The position numbers and the translations under genes are program-made. Below are positions 39,395 to 44,765 of a stretch of DNA of 44,765 bases, piece by piece. The stretch is from the IMG/VR virus record IMGVR_UViG_3300045988_086665; one strand, 5' to 3'. The stretch comes from a virus. The notes beneath the pieces were generated by a model that was not told the DNA's origin, ran no database searches, and saw nothing but the letters and a program-made list of their open reading frames with translations. Position 1 is the stretch's first letter; each line of letters opens with the position of its first letter.

Positions 39395-39520
39395 ATGAAG
39401 AAGATAGAAATCATCACGGACAGCCACCGCCATCACGTATACGTTGGCAACACCGACTTCTGGCTCGACACCCTGGAGCTGGTGGAACTGTACAAGAAAC
39501 TGGGACACGTCAAGCTGTAA
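39395..39520 (+). CDS. Possible 41-aa protein (below the track cutoff), paralogue of the previous ORF
   Basis: Translated by hand: MKKIEIITDSHRHHVYVGNTDFWLDTLELVELYKKLGHVKL. It shares the HH-x-x-VG-x-x-D-x-WL core with 39234-39392. Confidence 0.35.
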   Translation: MKKIEIITDSHRHHVYVGNTDFWLDTLELVELYKKLGHVKL

Positions 39521-39565
39521 CAGACAAAAGAAACAAGAGTAACAAACAATAAAAACATTCAGATT

Positions 39566-40576
39566 ATGGAACAGAAAGATTTTGATATTTACGAGATTTT
39601 GAAGGGTGTGCCTGTTGGCACTAAGTTATATACGCCAATGTGCGGAAAGGTTGGATTCGCTTATCTTGCAACCAACAAGGAAGCAGGGAAAGCAATCTGG
39701 ACTACGGACAAGAACGGAGAGTACACCTACAACAAGAACGGCAGATGGATGGAGGGAGGCGAAGTAATGCTTTTCCCATCCGATAAAATGAGAGACTGGA
39801 GCAAGTTTGCCTGGAAGAAGGGAGACGTGCTTGTTTCTAAAGACAGAAATGTACATATTATCTTTGAGAAGTTTGAGGATGATGCCTACGAAAATTTCCA
39901 TGGTCAGTATTATCTATGGGAAGATGGGGGTAGTATGGTGAACTTTGAAGAGGATGAAAACTACATGCAAACATCTGATTTCAACAAAGCAAATAAAGAA
40001 GACGCCCAGGAATATATCTACAAAATAGAGAAAATACTAGGTGGCAAGTTGAACCGTGAGACCCTGGAGCTTGAGAAGCCAGCGAAGCCAGTGTTTGAGT
40101 TGGGCAAACTCTACGTTTTCAATGAGGAAGACGAGGACGGAGAGCTGACAATCATCGGCAAGCTCATCGGCAAGAACGAGAGCGAGGACACGCTGACATT
40201 CGGCAACCAGTACGAAATCGAGAACGAGAAGTTCGTGACCGACCAAGCCTTCGACCTGCGTATCAGCGTACACGATGAACTTCGAGAAGCAACAGAGGGC
40301 GAAGCCGTCACGTTCCAGGAGGCTTGCACCCTATGGGAGAAGAGCAAGGAAAAGAAGCGCAAGGAGCAGCCACCATTCAAGCCTTTCGACAAGGTGCTGG
40401 TGAGGAACGGAGGGAAATGCAAGTGGATACCAGCGTTCTTTGTCCGTGACCGTGGAGAGGACTTTGCGTGGAGATACAAAGTCTTGCCTATCCACAGCGG
40501 AAAAGTAGATGACTTCGCCAGCTGCATCCCATTCGAGGGACACGAGAACATCGCCTTCACGTCAGACCCATTCTAG
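39566..40576 (+). CDS. Hypothetical protein with repeated small beta modules
   Basis: 336-aa ORF. The ATG is 3 nt after an AAACATTCAG box. Confidence 0.7.
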   Translation: MEQKDFDIYEILKGVPVGTKLYTPMCGKVGFAYLATNKEAGKAIWTTDKNGEYTYNKNGRWMEGGEVMLFPSDKMRDWSKFAWKKGDVLVSKDRNVHIIFEKFEDDAYENFHGQYYLWEDGGSMVNFEEDENYMQTSDFNKANKEDAQEYIYKIEKILGGKLNRETLELEKPAKPVFELGKLYVFNEEDEDGELTIIGKLIGKNESEDTLTFGNQYEIENEKFVTDQAFDLRISVHDELREATEGEAVTFQEACTLWEKSKEKKRKEQPPFKPFDKVLVRNGGKCKWIPAFFVRDRGEDFAWRYKVLPIHSGKVDDFASCIPFEGHENIAFTSDPF

Positions 40577-40583
40577 AGAGCCT

Positions 40584-40718
40584 ATGGCGAGCGAACTTTG
40601 CAAGGCTTGCGAGGAAGGGCGGAACTGCATTAACGGCAGGTACTGCCCAACTCGCAGGCGATATGTTGAACACCAAGACATCAAGGAATGCAATGGGAAG
40701 AAAGAAGAAGTACACTGA
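40584..40718 (+). CDS. Possible 44-aa Cys-rich peptide
   Basis: Internal start of the 40509-40718 track ORF: MASELCKACEEGRNCINGRYCPTRRRYVEHQDIKECNGKKEEVH. Confidence 0.3.
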   Translation: MASELCKACEEGRNCINGRYCPTRRRYVEHQDIKECNGKKEEVH

Positions 40719-41145
40719 CGAGGAAATTAAAGAGCACAATCGAGAGAGAGCACGCAGATACTACGTCCTGCACCGTGAAGAAATGATGAGGAGAAACCGG
40801 GAATGGAGAAGGGCGAACCCCGACAGAATCAGAGAGTACGGAAAAAGACAGCGTAAAAGGCGCAACGTCTCTCAGTACAACTCGGAGTATTACCGCAAGA
40901 ACCGACAGAGATTGATTGAGCTTGCGAGCGACTGGAGAAAGGCGAACCCCGAAAAGGTCAAGGGTTACAACGACAAGCAGAAGAAGCTGCGGAGAATTGA
41001 AGCCGAAAGAAAGAAGCTGGATAGGGCAAGCCTGGAAGCGCAGGCTTCCATTTTCCGTGATCCGCAGGCGGCAGAGCACTTCAAGTGGCTTGCAGAGCGT
41101 GTAAGGAGAAAGAAGGAGCAATCCTTGCTCAAAGCAGCAAGATAA
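40693..41145 (+). CDS. Highly basic repeat protein
   Basis: Start placed at ATG 40693 (MGRKKKYTDEE); the track ORF starts at 40663. It has two copies of W-R-[RK]-A-N-P-[DE]-[RK]-[IV]-[RK]-x-Y-x-x-[RK]-Q-[RK]-K. Confidence 0.6.
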   Translation: MGRKKKYTDEEIKEHNRERARRYYVLHREEMMRRNREWRRANPDRIREYGKRQRKRRNVSQYNSEYYRKNRQRLIELASDWRKANPEKVKGYNDKQKKLRRIEAERKKLDRASLEAQASIFRDPQAAEHFKWLAERVRRKKEQSLLKAAR

Positions 41146-41210
41146 GTACTTAACCAGCGAATGAATGCCGCAAACGGCAAACAACATCAATTATAACACA
41201 TTTGAGACTG

Positions 41211-41218
41211 TATCTTTG
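41211..41218 (+). promoter_or_regulatory. -7 box TATCTTTG at the start of a 560-nt non-coding region
   Basis: Exact TAnnTTTG with no canonical -33. No ORF follows for about 490 nt. Confidence 0.4.
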
Positions 41219-41546
41219 CGCTCAATGTAATCACTTAAATTATTAATCTGGCAACTCGGAAAGACGAGAGTCGTCCGGCATTCATTCCAACAAAAAAGAA
41301 AGCGAGGTGAACACGAAGAAATAGAAGAAATAACAGAAGACAGCTAAGTGCAGGAATCCCGAAACGAGGAACATCGGGAACTTCCTGCAACCCAAAGAGG
41401 GAGTGTTTGCGGAATAAACTCATTCGGTACGAGATATTCTTTATTTTGCATATCGCCAGGCACTCCCTCGATTTTTCCGTTTCAAGCCCGCAAGACGATG
41501 AAAGGAGGAGGGACTATAGGGTAGAGGATAGGAATAGTAGGGGGCT

Positions 41547-41580
41547 AGCGCACAAGCGCACACAAGCGCACACACGCACG
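41547..41580 (+). repeat. Iteron-like tandem repeats AGCGCACA(CA)
   Basis: agcgcaca agcgcacaca agcgcacacacgcacg, read directly. Confidence 0.85.
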
Positions 41581-41704
41581 TAAGACTCCGCAACCCGAAC
41601 AACTACCCACAGACGCAGAGATAACGGCTTAGAACGAAAATTTCAAGAAAATAACAAAAAAAGAAAATAAAAAATAAAACAAAAGTAAAACAAAAGAAAA
41701 CGAG

Positions 41705-42247
41705 ATGGAAAAAGGAACAGTTATAATCGGAATCGACCCCGACATCAAGGAAAGCGGTGTCGGAGCCGTATTTGACGATAGAAAATTCTTAGCCTACAAG
41801 ATGAACTTCCCGGCTCTGATTGACTACTTGAAGGCAATGAACGAGAGCTGCAAGAAGATTAAGGTCGTTATTGAAGGCGGCTGGCTCAACAAGAGCAACT
41901 GGCACGTACTAGGCAGATTTATGTCGGCAGTCAAGGCAGCAGCAATCGGACGCTCAACCGGGATGAACCATCAGACCGGGATCCTTATCGTAGAATGCTG
42001 CGAGCATTACAATATCCCATACGAGATAATCAAGCCGCTGAAGAAGTGCTGGAAAGGCAAGGACGGAAAAATAACACAAGACGAAATCGCCTACTTCATC
42101 AGCTCAGACGGAAAGCTCCCGAGAATGAACCAAGACCAGAGAGACGCACTTCTCCTCGCCTGGGTGTGCGCAGGATACCCGGTCAAGGTCAAGCCAAAGA
42201 AACAAGAAACAACCCTTCAGAAGACCATCAGAGCCTTTGATGGATAA
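41705..42247 (+). CDS. RuvC-fold Holliday-junction resolvase (putative)
   Basis: 180 aa with IIGIDPD (first catalytic Asp), VVIEGGW (Glu) and QDQRDALLLAW (C-terminal Asp) in RuvC-like order and spacing. Confidence 0.6.
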   Translation: MEKGTVIIGIDPDIKESGVGAVFDDRKFLAYKMNFPALIDYLKAMNESCKKIKVVIEGGWLNKSNWHVLGRFMSAVKAAAIGRSTGMNHQTGILIVECCEHYNIPYEIIKPLKKCWKGKDGKITQDEIAYFISSDGKLPRMNQDQRDALLLAWVCAGYPVKVKPKKQETTLQKTIRAFDG

Positions 42248-42313
42248 AATAAAACGAAGTGTTGGAAAAAGTTAAAAGTGGGCAAAGGACAAACAACTAA
42301 AGCAAAAAAGTCG

Positions 42314-42345
42314 TATCTTTGCGCCAGTGTTTATTAAATAAGCAC
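42314..42345 (+). promoter_or_regulatory. -7 box TATCTTTG plus 19-nt leader hairpin, promoter of the methylase gene
   Basis: TATCTTTG (42314-42321), then gtgtttattaaataagcac (42327-42345). Position and sequence are the same as in the two 98-nt cassettes. Confidence 0.55.
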
Positions 42346-42372
42346 GAATTTCGAACTTAAAACAAGAAGAAA

Positions 42373-44067
42373 ATGAAAACAGAAGAAATCGCACTATCGA
42401 GGGTCAGCGAGAACGAAGCGAACCCTCGAACCATAACAGAGGCGAACTTCCAAAAGCTGGTAAAGAGCATCCTTGTATTTCCTAAGATGCTCCAGCTTCG
42501 CCCGATAGTCGTGGATGAGACCTACAAGGCACTGGGTGGCAATATGAGAACGAGAGCACTCTGCCACATCGTGAGTATGACACCCGAAGCCATTATGGAC
42601 GTTCTCGACACAGACCAGCGACTGACCGATGCAGAGAAGCTGGCAATCGCCAACTACTGGAGCCAGTGGAAGGAGCAGCCGACTGCAACCATCGTTAAGG
42701 CATCAGACCTCACAGAAGCGCAGAAGAAAGAATTCATCATCAAAGATAATGCAGGCTTCGGAGACTGGAACACAGAAGAACTGGCGAACCAGTTCGGAGA
42801 CCAGCCGTTGACGGACTGGGCAATCCCACAATGGATTCTCGGTATGGCAGGCATCAGCAATGAACAAAAGGAGGGGGGCGATACTCCAACGGAAGGAGAA
42901 GGAGCACCGAAACCAAGCCTAGTGGATAAGTTTGTCGTTCCTCCCTTCTCAATCCTCGACACACGCCAAGGCTACTGGGTTGAGCGCAAGAAGCAATGGC
43001 GTGCCATCGTTTCCAGCAAGGACATCGGGGCAAGCCGTGAACAGACCCTGGTCCGTTCCAAGGAAATGCGATACAAGGAACTGTACTCCAAGAGCGAAAA
43101 GTTCAGAAAAGAGAAAGGCATCTCTTTCGATGAGTATCTCGAGTACTATGTATCGCCCGAAGAGAAAGCCAAGGCGGACCGTAGCGTATTGGCGCAGGGT
43201 ACAAGCCTTTTCGACCCAGTACTGGCAGAAATCATTATGCGATGGTTCTGCAAGCCACACGGAAAGATTATCGACCCATTCGGAGGAGAACAGACCAAGG
43301 GCGTTGTTGCTGGTACGCTGGGCTACGACTACCAAGCAGTGGAAATCCGCAAGGAGCAGGTCGACATCAACACAGAAGCGACCAAGGACTACGGCAGCGT
43401 GAAATATTTCTGCGGTGACTCTAACAACATCGGGCAGATAATCAAAGACAGCGATTTCGACCTCTGCTTCACCTCGCCACCATATTACGACCTCGAAGTC
43501 TATAGCAAGGAGGATATGAGCGCACTCGGCACATACGAGGAGTTTATGAGCCAGTACGAGAACATCTTCAAGCAATGCGTGGATAAGATGAAGGACGGTT
43601 CATTCCTGGTTGTCAAGATTGGAGAGGTGCGAAACAAGAAGAACGGAGAGTACCGAAATTTCGTTGGCGACAATATCTCCACCTTCCTGCGGCTCGGTCT
43701 TCACTATTACAACGAACTTATCTTGATCGAGCAGGTCGCGTCCCGATGCCTTAGAGCCGATGGCGGTATGAAAAGCCGCAAGACACAGAAGTGCCACCAG
43801 AACGTGCTCGTTTTCTATAAAGGCGAAATGGACGAAATCAAGAAGACGTTCGAGGATATGCGACAGCCCGAAAAGATGCACTCCAACGTTCTGGTATTCT
43901 ACAAGGGCGACCCGAAACACGTTCAAGACCATTTTCAGCCCATCGAATACAACGAGGAAGAAGCACAGCAGCTTGCGGACACCTTCAACAGCGTAGCACC
44001 GCCAGCAGGCGAGGAAGAGCAACCAGCAGAGAAAGGAGGGCAGGATGGACAAGGCACAGACGATTGA
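42373..44067 (+). CDS. ParB/Srx-domain - SAM-dependent DNA methyltransferase fusion
   Basis: 564 aa. N-terminal ParB-like nuclease domain (ENEANPRTI...LRPIVVD...ALGGNMRTRA). Methylase part has SAM motif I (IIDPFGGEQTKG), catalytic motif FTSPPYYD about 65 aa later, and a LVVKIG segment. Confidence 0.85.
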   Translation: MKTEEIALSRVSENEANPRTITEANFQKLVKSILVFPKMLQLRPIVVDETYKALGGNMRTRALCHIVSMTPEAIMDVLDTDQRLTDAEKLAIANYWSQWKEQPTATIVKASDLTEAQKKEFIIKDNAGFGDWNTEELANQFGDQPLTDWAIPQWILGMAGISNEQKEGGDTPTEGEGAPKPSLVDKFVVPPFSILDTRQGYWVERKKQWRAIVSSKDIGASREQTLVRSKEMRYKELYSKSEKFRKEKGISFDEYLEYYVSPEEKAKADRSVLAQGTSLFDPVLAEIIMRWFCKPHGKIIDPFGGEQTKGVVAGTLGYDYQAVEIRKEQVDINTEATKDYGSVKYFCGDSNNIGQIIKDSDFDLCFTSPPYYDLEVYSKEDMSALGTYEEFMSQYENIFKQCVDKMKDGSFLVVKIGEVRNKKNGEYRNFVGDNISTFLRLGLHYYNELILIEQVASRCLRADGGMKSRKTQKCHQNVLVFYKGEMDEIKKTFEDMRQPEKMHSNVLVFYKGDPKHVQDHFQPIEYNEEEAQQLADTFNSVAPPAGEEEQPAEKGGQDGQGTDD

Positions 44068-44554
44068 CATCAGCAGAAGTGCGAAGACTATCCGTGCCCA
44101 CATCATCAAGCGGCACATGGAAGAGAACCACATCGACCGCTGCGTCTGCTTTTCCTGCGGCAACGCATCAAGAGCCATCAAGGATGCCGGAATCCCCTGC
44201 GTGGAAATATCGCCCGGTGGCGACCTGAGTGCGAACCGCTGGTGGAGTATGAACGAGATACGCAACACCTTCCCCGATTCCTTCGATGCAACGAGCGGAC
44301 ACCTGCCAATGGATATGATGAACCAACTGGCAGCAGAATACAGAATCATCCTTTCCGACACCATCAAGGAGGGGCATACCTACACCATACCGACTGGCAG
44401 CGGTGAGACCGTCATCTGCTTGCGGATGGCTTTCCCTAAGTCGCGGTTCATCGCCCAATGGGATAACCAAGACCCAAGCTGCGAGTACTCAGACCAAGCA
44501 CCGATGGCGCAACTGGTAAAAGCCACCGGGGAATGGGAGATAATAAACGGATGA
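44045..44554 (+). CDS. Hypothetical protein, translationally coupled to the methylase
   Basis: 169-aa ORF overlapping the methylase 3' end by 23 nt. Loops CFSCGNASRAIKDAG and PTGSGETVICL suggest a small Rossmann-like fold. This is a weak, recall-based impression. Confidence 0.6.
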   Translation: MDKAQTIDISRSAKTIRAHIIKRHMEENHIDRCVCFSCGNASRAIKDAGIPCVEISPGGDLSANRWWSMNEIRNTFPDSFDATSGHLPMDMMNQLAAEYRIILSDTIKEGHTYTIPTGSGETVICLRMAFPKSRFIAQWDNQDPSCEYSDQAPMAQLVKATGEWEIING

Positions 44555-44646
44555 GACGATATGCGGGCGTATGTGGCGCGTTCTCAAACTATGCGTATAA
44601 CTAAGCGTGATTGGAACGTTCGAGCCGTGTGCGCAAAATTCGCACA

Positions 44647-44765
44647 AAATAACCTCCAAGGGAGCGGAAACGAAAAAGGCAGGAGTTTAACCCCTGCCCA
44701 TCGCTTTGAGAATACACTGGTTGATGAAGTCGCTGCGGTCTTTCTTTTCGACTCCTTCCAAGATG
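44647..44765. repeat. Terminal direct repeat, copy 2 (identical to 1-119)
   Basis: Same 119 nt as the window start. It contains a truncated second copy of the 3' part of the 41-235 gene. Confidence 0.95.

Larger units (their letters stand above)
1..44646. mobile_element. Complete temperate tailed-phage genome (unique unit 44,646 bp), probable Bacteroidota host
   Basis: Terminase, portal, protease/scaffold, capsid, tape measure, fibre, lysis cassette, integrase, repressor, recombination and methylase genes are all present. An exact 119-nt overlap of the two window ends closes the circle. Confidence 0.85.

Noticed and set aside
41235-41423. A 62-aa minus-strand ORF in the large non-coding region.
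   Set aside because: It is the pyrimidine-rich complement of a purine-rich tract (Leu/Phe/Ser-rich product). It has no promoter-like element and overlaps strong RNA/DNA structures.
1-44765. Alternative genetic code or stop-codon recoding, which is known in some gut Bacteroidota phages.
   Set aside because: All large genes are open in the standard code with normal lengths and tight coupling. I saw no in-frame TAG or TGA interruptions and no suppressor tRNA.

Overview
The window is one complete temperate tailed-phage genome. Nt 1-119 recur exactly at 44647-44765, so the unique unit is 44,646 bp (a closed circular assembly or a short terminal redundancy). Almost all genes are on the + strand. 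The exceptions are a lysogeny block (integrase to CI-like repressor, 29037-32661) and one small RHH-like gene (41-235). Modules, in order: small and large terminase (566-2401); a first virion operon ending in a 1040-aa tape-measure protein (2424-11021); a second virion operon with a ClpP-type protease/scaffold fusion, major capsid protein, PBSX-type portal candidate and a 1762-aa multidomain fibre/adhesin (11218-22324); a holin / GH19 endolysin / unimolecular-spanin-like lysis cassette (24945-26474); an AT-rich accessory island of small ORFs with its own promoters and terminators (26580-28880); a tyrosine integrase; a repressor operon carrying several small membrane proteins; and an early region with an Xis-like HTH, a RecT-like annealase plus YqaJ exonuclease, a replication-organiser-like protein, a RuvC-like resolvase and a ParB-domain/DNA-methyltransferase fusion. 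Promoter-like elements fit the Bacteroidota pattern TTTG-N19-20-TAnnTTTG and start codons lack Shine-Dalgarno sequences, so the host is probably a Bacteroides/Prevotella-like bacterium. I saw no rRNA, canonical tRNA, CRISPR array, transposase or reverse transcriptase. The most unusual signals are non-coding: (1) a promoter-seed-hairpin-terminator cassette (28181-28287) whose 5' end is antisense to a box (AAACATTCAG) found just upstream of six phage genes; (2) a 19-nt palindrome/5' hairpin shared by several phage promoters; (3) a 560-nt purine-rich, highly structured non-coding region with iteron-like repeats (41146-41704); (4) a tRNA-like T-arm/acceptor fragment inside a structured intergenic region (34006-34287); (5) a dispersed family of roughly 90-nt intergenic repeats. 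On the protein side, the items worth follow-up are the CotH-like/LRR/PKD-like giant fibre, the membrane-protein cargo of the lysogeny operon, and the ParB-methylase with its overlapping partner ORF. All functional calls come from reading motifs by eye and recalling protein families. No search or computation was run.
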